A stretch of DNA of 64,000 nt, taken from assembly GCA_965204335.1 (NCBI GenBank), contig OZ241982.1, positions 2,889,691 through 2,953,690 on the forward strand, in the 5' to 3' direction. The notes below the pieces were generated by a model that did no database searches, had not been told where the DNA came from, and saw only the letters and a list, made by a program, of their open reading frames with translations. The stretch comes from Dehalococcoidia bacterium. GTDB lineage: Bacteria; Chloroflexota; Dehalococcoidia; Bin125. The position numbers were made by a program, and so were the translations under genes. Shown piece by piece: positions 53,722 through 62,789 of the stretch (positions are counted from its first letter, which is position 1; the number at the start of each line of letters is the position of its first letter).

Positions 53722-54945
53722 CTAGGTTCCGGCCGGGCCGACGATGGTGATTTCTTCGCCCAGGGCGGCCAGGCCCAGCGAGTGCTGGAGCTCGTCGGTC
53801 TTCCAGGCCATGACGATGCCTCCGGTGAGATCCCGGTAGAGGCGCTCCAGCGGATGGCCCTTGACGTACGCGTGGGCGCCGGTCGTCTTGATGCTGATCT
53901 GGGCGACCTCTTCGGCCATTCGTCGCAGGTGGTGGGTGGTGCGGACCTGCATACGGATGAAGGACTGTCGGTCGCTGTAGGCGCGGTCGACCTCTTCGAC
54001 GGCGTGGTAGAGCATCGTCCGGCCGGAGGCGAGCCAGCTATCCATCTCACCGAGCGCCATCTGCGCCCAGGCCTGCTGCGATCGCAATTCGTTTGTGCCG
54101 CCGAGCGGGCTGTTGGCCGAAGCGAGGTAGCCGCGACGGTGCTGCAGGTACTCGACGGTCTCGTCGAACATCGCCTGGGCGTTGCCCAGCCAGATCGCGC
54201 AGATCCCGAGTCCGGGCAGGGCCCGCCGCTGCCATTGCAGCTGGGGGATCATCTGCTCGCCCATGCGCAGCAGCGCCAGCGGCACGACGAAGCAGTCGGC
54301 GCGCGGGAGACGGAGAGCTTCGATCACGACGTCATGCGATGCAGTCGAGCGCAGGCCCATGCCGTCCCAGTTGGCTCGGTTGACAATCGAGTCCTGGTCG
54401 AACTCCGGCAGTGCGATCACGAGGTCGGGTTCGGCGGCTCGCTCGATCAGGGCGCCCACCATCGCGAACCGGGCCGCATCGGCGCCCGACGCGAATCCGG
54501 CGCGTCCCGAAATCACCAGGTCGGTGCCCTCCTCGACCGCCATGAAGCCGGTCGAGGTGTTGTCCAGCTCACGAGAGGGAATGCTGCCCGGTGCACAGCA
54601 CCAGGCGCCCTCGGCGCAGGCCTTGAGCATCGTGTCTCGATGCGGAAAGGGCGGCAGAGCCGTGGCGATGCCGGTCACGAGCAAGTGCATGTTGAGCGCC
54701 ACCGCCGTCGACGCATCGCCCCAGGCGATCTCTTCGATCAGCCGGATGAAGGTCTCGCCGTCCGCATCCAACCCGCCGAACGCCTCCGGGATCAGCAGGC
54801 CGGGGATACCGAGTTCAGCGAGTTCGTTGAAGTTGTCGATCGGCAGTTGACCATCGCGATCGGCGTCGGCCGCCCGCTCGCGAAACGGTCCGCGGGCCAG
54901 CTCGCGGACCTGCTCGATCAACTGTCCTGAGGCGTCGGCGTCCAT
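53722..54945 (-). CDS. acyl-CoA dehydrogenase family protein
   Basis: Start at ATG 54945 (MDADASGQLIEQVRELARGPF), with a GGGAG RBS. The N-terminal extension of the annotated ORF is rejected. ACAD N/middle/C domains are present. Confidence 0.7.
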   Translation of the reverse strand: MDADASGQLIEQVRELARGPFRERAADADRDGQLPIDNFNELAELGIPGLLIPEAFGGLDADGETFIRLIEEIAWGDASTAVALNMHLLVTGIATALPPFPHRDTMLKACAEGAWCCAPGSIPSRELDNTSTGFMAVEEGTDLVISGRAGFASGADAARFAMVGALIERAAEPDLVIALPEFDQDSIVNRANWDGMGLRSTASHDVVIEALRLPRADCFVVPLALLRMGEQMIPQLQWQRRALPGLGICAIWLGNAQAMFDETVEYLQHRRGYLASANSPLGGTNELRSQQAWAQMALGEMDSWLASGRTMLYHAVEEVDRAYSDRQSFIRMQVRTTHHLRRMAEEVAQISIKTTGAHAYVKGHPLERLYRDLTGGIVMAWKTDELQHSLGLAALGEEITIVGPAGT

Positions 54946-55068
54946 GTGGGCTCCCGTGGTTGATATGAATGAGAACGAAGTCAGCGTATCGGGCTGTTGG
55001 CTCGGAGCGTTAGCATTTCGGCAGGATGCGGAATCCTCTGGAAAGGGCTTCGGGAAAGGACCGGGCTG

Positions 55069-56022
55069 ATGCCGTCGATCAACACGTTGCATGGAGAAGT
55101 GGATACGTCGGAACTGGGCCGCACGCTGATCCATGAGCACATCGGAATCCGCTCGCCCGGCATCTCGGAAAACTGGCCGGAACTGTGGGACGAGGCGGGC
55201 TGCGTGGCGTCGGCCGATGAGAAGCTGAACGCGCTTCAGCAGCGCGGCGTTAGCACGGTGGTTGACCTCTCGACCGCCGACCTCGGCCGCGACATGGGCT
55301 TCCTGCAGAAGGTGTCTCACGTGACCTCAATCAACGTCGTGCTCTGCACCGGGATCTACTGGCTGCGCTCGATGTACTGGCGCGGCCGGCCGGCCGAGAT
55401 GATGACCGAGGTGTTCGTCAGGGACATCACCGAAGGGATTGCGGGAACGGGCGTCAAGGCCAACATCATCAAGCTCGCCTCGGACGAGCAGGGCGGCGGC
55501 GTCGACAGCTACAACGAGAAGTGTCTGCGCGCCGGCGCACGCGCGCATCGAGCGACCGGCGTGCCGATCGCAACGCACAACGGACCCCCGGAGCTGGGCG
55601 CGCTCCAGCAAGACGTCTTTGAGGACGAAGGCTGCGACCTCTCGCGCATCGTGATCGGCCACGTTGGCGACACGGCCGACACCGACTACCTCAAGTCGCT
55701 CATGGATCGCGGCTCGTATGTCGGCCTTGACCGGTTCGGTCTCGACCAGATCCTGCCGTTCGACGACCGCGTCAACACGGTCGTCAAGCTGGCGAGCGAC
55801 GGGTACACCGAGCGCATGTTGCTGGCCCACGACGCGTCCTGCTGCCTCGACTGGATTCCCGACATCGACGCCATGCGGCAGGCCCAGCCCAACTGGCACT
55901 TCAACCACATCTCCGATGATGTCGTGCCCGCCCTGCTGGAGCGCGGCGTGACGCAGGCGCAGGTCGACCAGATGCTGATCGGCAACCCGCGCGAGCTGTT
56001 CGAGAAGCAGGGCGCGTACTAG
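55069..56022 (+). CDS. phosphotriesterase-family (PTE/Php-like) amidohydrolase
   Basis: MPSINTLHGEVDTSELGRTLIHEHI… is the PTE family start, including the first metal-binding HxH. Confidence 0.75.
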   Translation: MPSINTLHGEVDTSELGRTLIHEHIGIRSPGISENWPELWDEAGCVASADEKLNALQQRGVSTVVDLSTADLGRDMGFLQKVSHVTSINVVLCTGIYWLRSMYWRGRPAEMMTEVFVRDITEGIAGTGVKANIIKLASDEQGGGVDSYNEKCLRAGARAHRATGVPIATHNGPPELGALQQDVFEDEGCDLSRIVIGHVGDTADTDYLKSLMDRGSYVGLDRFGLDQILPFDDRVNTVVKLASDGYTERMLLAHDASCCLDWIPDIDAMRQAQPNWHFNHISDDVVPALLERGVTQAQVDQMLIGNPRELFEKQGAY

Positions 56023-57672
56023 GTGGCCGCCGCCGATTTGGAGCCGGCGGACGTCCTGGCGGCCGCGCGCGCCGGGTTCGCCGGAGCGTCGATCGAGGAG
56101 GCAGCGGGGGACGTGGCCGCCCGGGCTCGCCTGTGGCGGGCGGGCGTTGTCGTCGCGGAAGCAGAAGCGACGGCGGACGATGGACTGAATGCGGCCCTGG
56201 CGGCAGGGAGCGGGCTGCGGCCGGCGATGGGAGCAGGCTCCGACCAGCCGGGCGACGCATTGAGTGTCGAAGTTGAGGCGGAACGCATGCCGCGTCAGCC
56301 CGAAGGCCTGATCGGCCTGATCCAGACGCCGCTGCCGGGCAGACACGGCCTGCTGCTTCGAGACGGGGACAGCACGGCGCGCGGCTGGCCGTTCGACGCG
56401 TTGCGGACCGACGGTCGAACCGCTGCCTGGGTCAAGCGGCTCAACCGGGAAGTGCGGCGGCCGGGCGCGAGACTGGCCTCAAGCACCTCGGTCGAGGTCT
56501 TTACGAGCGTCGAAGCCCTGGGGACGGTGGCGCCGTCGGACGGCGAGCGCATCTCGCCCCGCTCCGGCGGCTTCCGGCTCGTCGAGATGGACGAAGTCCT
56601 GCCCGATCGGCTCACGGGTTCGGCGTTGCAAGCGGCGGCCTGGTTGCTTCGTCACCAGCGGCCGGACGGATCGTTCGCATACGAGTACGCGCCGCCGACC
56701 TCCGACCAGGCAGGCGGCTGGACGCCGTACGACCAGCTCGTGCGGCAATGCGGCTGCGCCTGGGCGATCGCGATGGTCGCTCGCATCTCACGCGACCGCA
56801 AGATCGGCGAGGCGGCGGCGCAGGCGATCAGTGGCATCCTGGAGCGGCACCTCAAACGCGACGGCCCGGGTCGATTGTTCTACCTCGAGGACATGTACGG
56901 GGAGCCCAAGCTGGGCGCCCCGCCGCTGCTGCTGCTCGCGATCTGCGAAATGGGCGGCTCCCTGCGAATCGCGCGCGAAACGGTTGACCAGCTCACCGCC
57001 TCGCTGCTGGCGGTGCAATCGCGGGACGGCCGGCTGGGCACCAGGGCGCGCGGGATGGAGTTGGAAGGTTCAGAGACCTACTACGTCGGACAGGTCGTTC
57101 TGGCGCTGGCCAGGATGTACGCGATTCGCAAGCGCCCGCGACTGCGCTCGGCCGTGGAGCGGTCGCTCAAGCACTACCGGGAGCGCTGGCAGAACGAGGA
57201 TGAACGCGATCTGTCCTTCACGACCTGGATGATCCAGGCCTGCGATCAATGGCACGCGAACGTCGCAGACGACCTGTCCAGGGACTACGCCTACGAAATG
57301 GCGGACTGGGCGCTCGAGGAACAGCACGGCGACGACTGCGAGAACCCACTCTGGGCGGGGGCGTTCCAGAACACACCGGGGATCGGCACCGCCGCCTACA
57401 GCGAGGGCATCGCCAGCGCCCTCTCGATTGCGCAGCGGGCGGAGGACGATGAACGGGCTGAACGCTACAGGTCGGCACTGCTGCTGAGCATGCGGTTCCT
57501 GCTGTCGCTCTCGCTCGACGGTCCCGAGCATGCCCTGGTCGGCGGCCCCGAACACGTCGGAGCGGTGCGCTCGGCCCTTCACCGCCCCGGCCTCCGCTGC
57601 GACAACGCCCAGCACTACCTGATGTCGATGCTCCGGGCGCGCGCTCTATGCTGGGATTCGAACGGAGAGTGA
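56023..57672 (+). CDS. alpha/alpha-toroid (prenyltransferase/squalene-cyclase-like repeat) protein of unknown function
   Basis: Repeated QxxDGxF/W-like segments (HQRPDGSFAY, QSRDGRLG). Ala-rich N-terminal region. Start is uncertain (GTG directly after the PTE stop, or an internal Met). Confidence 0.4.
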   Translation: MAAADLEPADVLAAARAGFAGASIEEAAGDVAARARLWRAGVVVAEAEATADDGLNAALAAGSGLRPAMGAGSDQPGDALSVEVEAERMPRQPEGLIGLIQTPLPGRHGLLLRDGDSTARGWPFDALRTDGRTAAWVKRLNREVRRPGARLASSTSVEVFTSVEALGTVAPSDGERISPRSGGFRLVEMDEVLPDRLTGSALQAAAWLLRHQRPDGSFAYEYAPPTSDQAGGWTPYDQLVRQCGCAWAIAMVARISRDRKIGEAAAQAISGILERHLKRDGPGRLFYLEDMYGEPKLGAPPLLLLAICEMGGSLRIARETVDQLTASLLAVQSRDGRLGTRARGMELEGSETYYVGQVVLALARMYAIRKRPRLRSAVERSLKHYRERWQNEDERDLSFTTWMIQACDQWHANVADDLSRDYAYEMADWALEEQHGDDCENPLWAGAFQNTPGIGTAAYSEGIASALSIAQRAEDDERAERYRSALLLSMRFLLSLSLDGPEHALVGGPEHVGAVRSALHRPGLRCDNAQHYLMSMLRARALCWDSNGE

Positions 57673-57679
57673 CGGCCTG

Positions 57680-57958
57680 ATGGCGATCATCGACACCCTC
57701 AGGTTCCGCAACATTCTGGTCGACGGCGAGATCGCTGAAGAGGAGCCGGCCCGAGAGTTCGTCGGGGCGCTTGATGAGTCTCTCGAAGAGATCACGGGCA
57801 ACCTAGCAACGAAGGCCGATCTGACAGCATTCAAGGCGGAGATTCTGGCTGCTATCGCTCAAAGCGATGCTGCCAACGCCTGCGGCCGATTGGCGCTGTT
57901 TGTCGCCATCACTGCGGTCCTCGCCGTTGCAGTGGGGCTGATTCTCGGTCTCAACTGA
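57680..57958 (+). CDS. DUF1640-like coiled-coil protein with C-terminal TM anchor (paralog 3 of 3)
   Basis: MAIIDTLRFRNILV…NLATKADL…LFVAITAVLAVAVGLILGLN. Confidence 0.5.
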   Translation: MAIIDTLRFRNILVDGEIAEEEPAREFVGALDESLEEITGNLATKADLTAFKAEILAAIAQSDAANACGRLALFVAITAVLAVAVGLILGLN

Positions 57959-57960
57959 CC

Positions 57961-58860
57961 TCAGCCCTTGAGCTCGGGCCAGACCTCGCGCCAGGCGGTT
58001 TCGATCGTTTGCAGGTATTGGTCGACGGGGATGGCAAGTTCCCGGTCGTAGTTGGGCATTCCGATGCCGAGGCGGGTGATGCCCATGTCCCGGGCGGCGC
58101 TCAACAGGCGCCGGGTGTTGGACATATCGGCGTCGAGCGGCGGCAGCCACTGGATGGGGAAGTCGTCAGGGTCGCGGTCGTTGGCTTCGAGCTGCGTGCG
58201 CAGGCGGCCGATCAGCTCGGCCAGTTGATCCACAGTGGACTGAACGGGCGCGATCCAGCCGTCGCCCAGGCGGGCCGTGCGCTCGATCGCTGCCTGAGCA
58301 AAGCCGCCGAAGAGGATCGGCGGGCCGCCCGGCGTGACCGGCTTGGGCATCACCGACATCTGGTCGATGTTGACGTAGCGGCCGCTGAACGTGATCGGTT
58401 CCTCCGTCCAGCAGGCGCGCAGGACGCGGATGTACTCCTCCATCCGGCTGGGCCGCTGGCGGAAGTTGGCCGTCAACGCGTCGAACTCCTGCCACTGCCA
58501 GCCGATCCCGATCCCGAGACGCATCCGCCCGCCCGAGAGGATGTCGATCTCGGCCGCCTGCTTGGCGACCAGCACCGGCTCTCGTTGCGGCAGGACCAGC
58601 ACGTTGGTCTGCAGTGCGACACGGTTGGTGATTCCGGCCAACCAGGCGAGCGTCGTCAGCACCTCGTGCTGGTGAACGTCGTCGGTGTAGGGGCCGGTCT
58701 GCGGACGGTCGTCGCGCGCGTAGGCGTAGATGACGTGATCCGCCATCGAGATGAAGTCGCAGCCGATCGCCTCGACGCCCTGAGCCCAGTCGCGCAGCTC
58801 GGAGACGTCCCAGTGCCAGTGCCAAGCGGGAATCTGACAGCCGAACTCAAACTGTGCCAT
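57961..58860 (-). CDS. LLM-class F420-dependent oxidoreductase (luciferase-like monooxygenase fold)
   Basis: 299 aa. Conserved segments …AEIDILSGGRMRLGIGIGW… and …LLSAARDMGITRL…. Confidence 0.75.
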   Translation of the reverse strand: MAQFEFGCQIPAWHWHWDVSELRDWAQGVEAIGCDFISMADHVIYAYARDDRPQTGPYTDDVHQHEVLTTLAWLAGITNRVALQTNVLVLPQREPVLVAKQAAEIDILSGGRMRLGIGIGWQWQEFDALTANFRQRPSRMEEYIRVLRACWTEEPITFSGRYVNIDQMSVMPKPVTPGGPPILFGGFAQAAIERTARLGDGWIAPVQSTVDQLAELIGRLRTQLEANDRDPDDFPIQWLPPLDADMSNTRRLLSAARDMGITRLGIGMPNYDRELAIPVDQYLQTIETAWREVWPELKG

Positions 58861-59295
58861 GGGACATCTCCGTTCATCGCGCGCGTGCGGTCAGGTGTAT
58901 CCTAAGCGCATCCCGATAGCAGCTGGATGACCTGAGAGGTGTGGCGTTGGATGAACGGCATGCAGGCGAAGAGGGTGTCCTACGGAGCGACATCGCCGAC
59001 GTGATCGACCGCGCGGCGGCGATGGCGGTCTATGCATTTGCGTCGGTCAACCAGGCCGGCGCGACGGAGGGTTTGAAACTGCCTCCGCAACTGGCGGAAC
59101 ATCTGGCCGAGGCGACGTACGTCGACGTCATGCGTTACTCGCTGGAGGAATGCACCTGTCCCTGCCACCAGGAGCACTAGCAGGAGCAACAGCAAGCGCA
59201 CCAGTCCTCAGACGGCGCCCGCGAGGCAGGGCTACACTGCGCTTGACTGCGCAAATGCAGACGGTCTTTCACGTGACGATACGAAGGAGCTCTCG

Positions 59296-59931
59296 ATGAC
59301 GACGGCAACCAAGGAATCCGTGGTGACGCCGGAGCGGTTCAAGTCGGGCATGACCTGGAACCAGTATCTGGCCTTCATCAATTCGGAAGAGAATTTCGAG
59401 CGCCTGACCCCGGGCGGCCAGCCGCGCGGCGACGCGAACGTCGAGCGCTTCATCCGCAACATGAGCGCCTGGCAGGTCTCGGAGGCGGGCCGCGAGGCGC
59501 TGCAGGCGCTGCCGCGGCTGAAGATGCTGGTCCTGGGCGAAGACTGGTGCCCGGACGTCTACCGCGGACTGCCGGTGCTGGCCGAAATCGCCGCGACCGC
59601 GGGCTGGGAGATTCGCATCTTTGCCCGTGACGAGAACAACGACATCATGTCCGAGTTCCTCAAGGACGGACAGCACGAGTCAATCCCGACGGCGGTGATC
59701 TACACGCTCGACCACGAGTACATCGGTCACTGGATCGAGCGCCCGGCAGTGGCGAACGAGCACATGGCCAACATGCAAAAGCTGTTCAGCCGCAAAGAGG
59801 GCGAGTCCGAGGACGACATGCGCGCCCGCATCCGCCAGGGTTACCGAGACCTCCAGTCGTCCGACGAGTGGGCCTCCTGGCGCGACGAGACGGTCAACGA
59901 GATCGTCGAACTGGTTCGCAGCAACACGTAG
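59296..59931 (+). CDS. thioredoxin-fold protein with single-Cys WCPD motif
   Basis: AAGGAG RBS. …LVLGEDWCPDVYRGLP…, with a monothiol variant of the CxxC motif. Confidence 0.55.
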   Translation: MTTATKESVVTPERFKSGMTWNQYLAFINSEENFERLTPGGQPRGDANVERFIRNMSAWQVSEAGREALQALPRLKMLVLGEDWCPDVYRGLPVLAEIAATAGWEIRIFARDENNDIMSEFLKDGQHESIPTAVIYTLDHEYIGHWIERPAVANEHMANMQKLFSRKEGESEDDMRARIRQGYRDLQSSDEWASWRDETVNEIVELVRSNT

Positions 59932-59942
59932 GGAACTCTCAC

Positions 59943-60054
59943 CCCTGCCCGCTCCCGGGGCAGACCTGCGCGCAAGTCCAGGCTTGAGTCGCCCCCGCGT
60001 AGGCGGGGGCGCCGCTATCACGTGGTCGCTGGATGGCCCCGCCTGCGCGGGGCC
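59943..60054. repeat. three GC hairpins (CGCCCCCGC-GTAG-GCGGGGGCG; GGCCCCGC-CTGC-GCGGGGCC)
   Basis: Perfect 9-bp and 8-bp stems between convergent genes. Confidence 0.6.
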
Positions 60055-60106
60055 GACTTTGGTCGGTGCAGGCCCTGGTCTCAAAGCGGAGATGCGAGCG
60101 GGACTG

Positions 60107-60766
60107 CTAATCGCCGACCGTTCCTCCGAAGGGGCTGTCGGGCGGCTCGTCGGGTTCGTCTTCAATCATCGGGGCGCCCTGCTCGATCGCTCGCATCGCT
60201 CGCCAGGTAATGAACCAGCGCTGCAACGCGGTCAGATTGGTCAGCACGGCAAGGATCCAGAGAATCGGCAGGATCTGCGACGAGAGCAGCCCGATTGCGA
60301 GAATCAGGACGCGCTCCAGCCGGGTCCCCAGTCCGGTGCGGATGCTGATCCCGAACTCTCCTGCCTTGGAGCGGGTGTAGCTGACCATCATGCTGCCGAA
60401 CAGCGACACAGCGATCAGCACAATGGCCGTGCGGTCGAAGCGCTCGGCGGCGCTGTACCAGATCAGCAGCCCGAAGAGCAGGGCGAAGTCGGCGAGCCGA
60501 TCGGAGACGGCGTCGAACACGGCGCCCCAGTCGGACGCGCGGCCGGTAGCGCGGGCGACCGCGCCGTCCAACATGTCGAAACACGCCGCCGCGAGCATGA
60601 CGATCCCGGCCTGCCAGAACATCCCGTGGGCCGCCAATGCGCCCGCGCCGCCCATGCCGAGCAGACCGATGACGGTGAGAGCGTTGGGCGTCAGTCCGGT
60701 GCGCGCCACGGCCCGGCCGAGGCGCTCGGAGATGTCGCTGGATATCGAATGGGGGAGGAGAGACAA
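60107..60766 (-). CDS. CDP-alcohol phosphatidyltransferase (PgsA/PI-synthase-like)
   Basis: D-G-x2-A-R-x8-G-x3-D-x3-D motif present: DMLDGAVARATGRASDWGAVFDAVSDRLAD. Confidence 0.75.
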   Translation of the reverse strand: MSLLPHSISSDISERLGRAVARTGLTPNALTVIGLLGMGGAGALAAHGMFWQAGIVMLAAACFDMLDGAVARATGRASDWGAVFDAVSDRLADFALLFGLLIWYSAAERFDRTAIVLIAVSLFGSMMVSYTRSKAGEFGISIRTGLGTRLERVLILAIGLLSSQILPILWILAVLTNLTALQRWFITWRAMRAIEQGAPMIEDEPDEPPDSPFGGTVGD

Positions 60767-60843
60767 GACGATTGCTAATCAGGCCCGGCCGCCGTGAACT
60801 CACTGTACACAGCCGACGGATCCGAAATCGGCCCAAAGTCGGC

Positions 60844-61737
60844 CTAGTCGTAAAACAGTCGTTTGCCGATGAAGAAGAGCAGGAGGGCGACCGGGATCGC
60901 GGCCGCGATGGCGATGACGTGGTTGAGGTTGAGGCGTTCGTAGAACGGTTGTCGCTGCTGCTCGATGTAGGGCCAGTTCAGCAGCAGGGCGCGCTCGGCA
61001 TTGTCGGTGAACTCGGCAATCAGCCTGTCTTCGGGGATGCCGTAGACCTGCTCAATGGCGTCGTAGAAGGGAACGCCATCCCCGACAGTGCGAAAGAGCT
61101 CGGCCAGGGCCTCGGGGCCCCAGTCCTGGATGAACCAGGCGAGCATGCCGCCGGCCTGGCCGAAGTACTTGGCCTGAAATTGCCAGGTGCTGGGTATCAC
61201 CTCCAGTTGCTCGATTGAGTAGTACTCCTCGTGGTCGAACAGCGCGACGGACCCGGCTCGCCGGAGGAAGAATCCCGGCAGCGGGCCGGCCGACCAGAAG
61301 CCCAGCGCCGAGCGCATCCAGAGCGGGACCTCCGCGGCATATTGTCCGGTAGCGGCATTGATGACTGCGTTCGTGACCGCGCTGCGCACGTCGCCGGAGG
61401 CGTTTCGCATGATGTGCAGCGGAGGAGGTTCCGGGCCAATCCCCTCGGGCCACCGGCTCATGTCCGAGGGATCGGCGCCGGCCGGCCAGATGATGATGGT
61501 GAGCGGGACTTCGACCGAGGCCTCGATGAGCTCGCTGACGAGGCCGTACGCCCCCTGCCCATGGTCGGCAAGATCGTCGGCGCGGAGCTGTCCCTGTGTG
61601 TGCCAGAGCGTGAGGTTGTCCCGCCCTGCGCTGGACCACTCGACATCGTCCGTCTGTGCAAGCAGAGCGCCGGACGTGAGGGTCGCTGCCAGCATGGCGC
61701 CGATCAGGACGAGGATGGCGAACAGGCGAGGCTTCAC
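60844..61737 (-). CDS. exported hypothetical protein with C-terminal TM anchor
   Basis: Signal peptide MKPRLFAILVLIGAMLAATL. C-terminal hydrophobic helix. Trp-rich. Confidence 0.4.
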   Translation of the reverse strand: MKPRLFAILVLIGAMLAATLTSGALLAQTDDVEWSSAGRDNLTLWHTQGQLRADDLADHGQGAYGLVSELIEASVEVPLTIIIWPAGADPSDMSRWPEGIGPEPPPLHIMRNASGDVRSAVTNAVINAATGQYAAEVPLWMRSALGFWSAGPLPGFFLRRAGSVALFDHEEYYSIEQLEVIPSTWQFQAKYFGQAGGMLAWFIQDWGPEALAELFRTVGDGVPFYDAIEQVYGIPEDRLIAEFTDNAERALLLNWPYIEQQRQPFYERLNLNHVIAIAAAIPVALLLFFIGKRLFYD

Positions 61738-61752
61738 CAGGTCAGCGTACGG

Positions 61753-62769
61753 TCAGACCAGGGATCGATACAGATCGAGGTGCTGTTCAGCGATGTTGCG
61801 CGAGTCGAAGCGCTCGGCAACCTGCCGTCCGCGCTTGACCAGCCGCTCACGAAGCCCGGCGTCGCTCAGGAGTCGCAGGAGGTTCTTGGCCAGCGCGTTG
61901 GAATCACTCGGGGCCGAGAGCAACGCGGCCGCTCCGTCGTCGCTGGCGATTCGGTAGCCGTCGATGTCGGAGGCCGCCACGGGAACGCCGGCGGCCATCG
62001 CTTCGACCAGCACCAGCCCGAGCGCCTCGCCGCCGGTCGCGGGAAACGCGGCGCAGGTTGCCGTCTGCATCAAGGTCGCGATGTCTTCATGGCGGACCGG
62101 CCCGAGGAAGGTGACTCTGCCGTCGGCGCGCTCCCGGGTGTCGTCCGTCACGGGACCGGCGACCACAAGTTGTGCCTCAGGGAGTCGCTCCAGCGCCTGC
62201 AAGAGGATTGTCAGTCCCTTGCGCGGCTCGTCGCGGCCGACGAAGAGGATGGTCCGGGGCTCTGGGTTGCGCTGGATGTTGCGAAAGATCGAGAGATCGA
62301 GGCACGGATAGATGACATGAGGATCGGCGCCGATTGCCGGTCGCGCGATCTCACGGGACACGTCGCTGGCGCAGACGATCGCGTTGGCGCGATTGAACAA
62401 GAGCCTTGAGAGCGGGCCCGACCAGCGATAGAAGCGCCCCGCCACACGCTCGGCCGAGTGCAGCGTGACGACGGTCGGCACTGCCCCCGGATGCAACAAC
62501 GACAGCGGCCCGAGCAGAGGCAGCATGGGTTCCTGGATGTGCAGGATGTCGTGCGGCCGCTTGAGGAAGCGGCGCAGCGGGAACAGGTCGCGAGGGTGAA
62601 CGGCGAGGTCGGCGCGGGTTCCGCCCAGCGGGATACGCACGGGCCTCGACGGCGCAAAGACCTCCGATTCGTGTCCCAGCTCGATCAGCGCCTCGGACAG
62701 CGCCGTCGCGTGCGTCTGGACGCCGCCGGGTTGCTTCGTGTCGTAGGGCAGGACGTGATGGATTCGCAC
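61753..62769 (-). CDS. GT4-family glycosyltransferase (PimA-like)
   Basis: Start placed at GTG 62769 (VRIHHVLPYDTKQPGGVQTHATAL…), which removes the 61-nt overlap with the PHP gene. C-terminal …GGEALGLVLVEAMAAGVPVAASD… is the GT4 donor-binding motif. Confidence 0.7.
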   Translation of the reverse strand: MRIHHVLPYDTKQPGGVQTHATALSEALIELGHESEVFAPSRPVRIPLGGTRADLAVHPRDLFPLRRFLKRPHDILHIQEPMLPLLGPLSLLHPGAVPTVVTLHSAERVAGRFYRWSGPLSRLLFNRANAIVCASDVSREIARPAIGADPHVIYPCLDLSIFRNIQRNPEPRTILFVGRDEPRKGLTILLQALERLPEAQLVVAGPVTDDTRERADGRVTFLGPVRHEDIATLMQTATCAAFPATGGEALGLVLVEAMAAGVPVAASDIDGYRIASDDGAAALLSAPSDSNALAKNLLRLLSDAGLRERLVKRGRQVAERFDSRNIAEQHLDLYRSLV

Positions 62770-62789
62770 GGCGGAGATGGTACGCCGAG

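Noticed and set aside
54946-55320. N-terminal 125-codon extension of the acyl-CoA dehydrogenase ORF.
   Set aside because: The extension is antisense to the start of the phosphotriesterase gene. ACAD homology starts at MDADASG (ATG 54945), with a GGGAG RBS.
58941-59180. 79-aa ORF upstream of the thioredoxin-like gene.
   Set aside because: No RBS or motif. Likely a chance ORF in GC-rich intergenic DNA.
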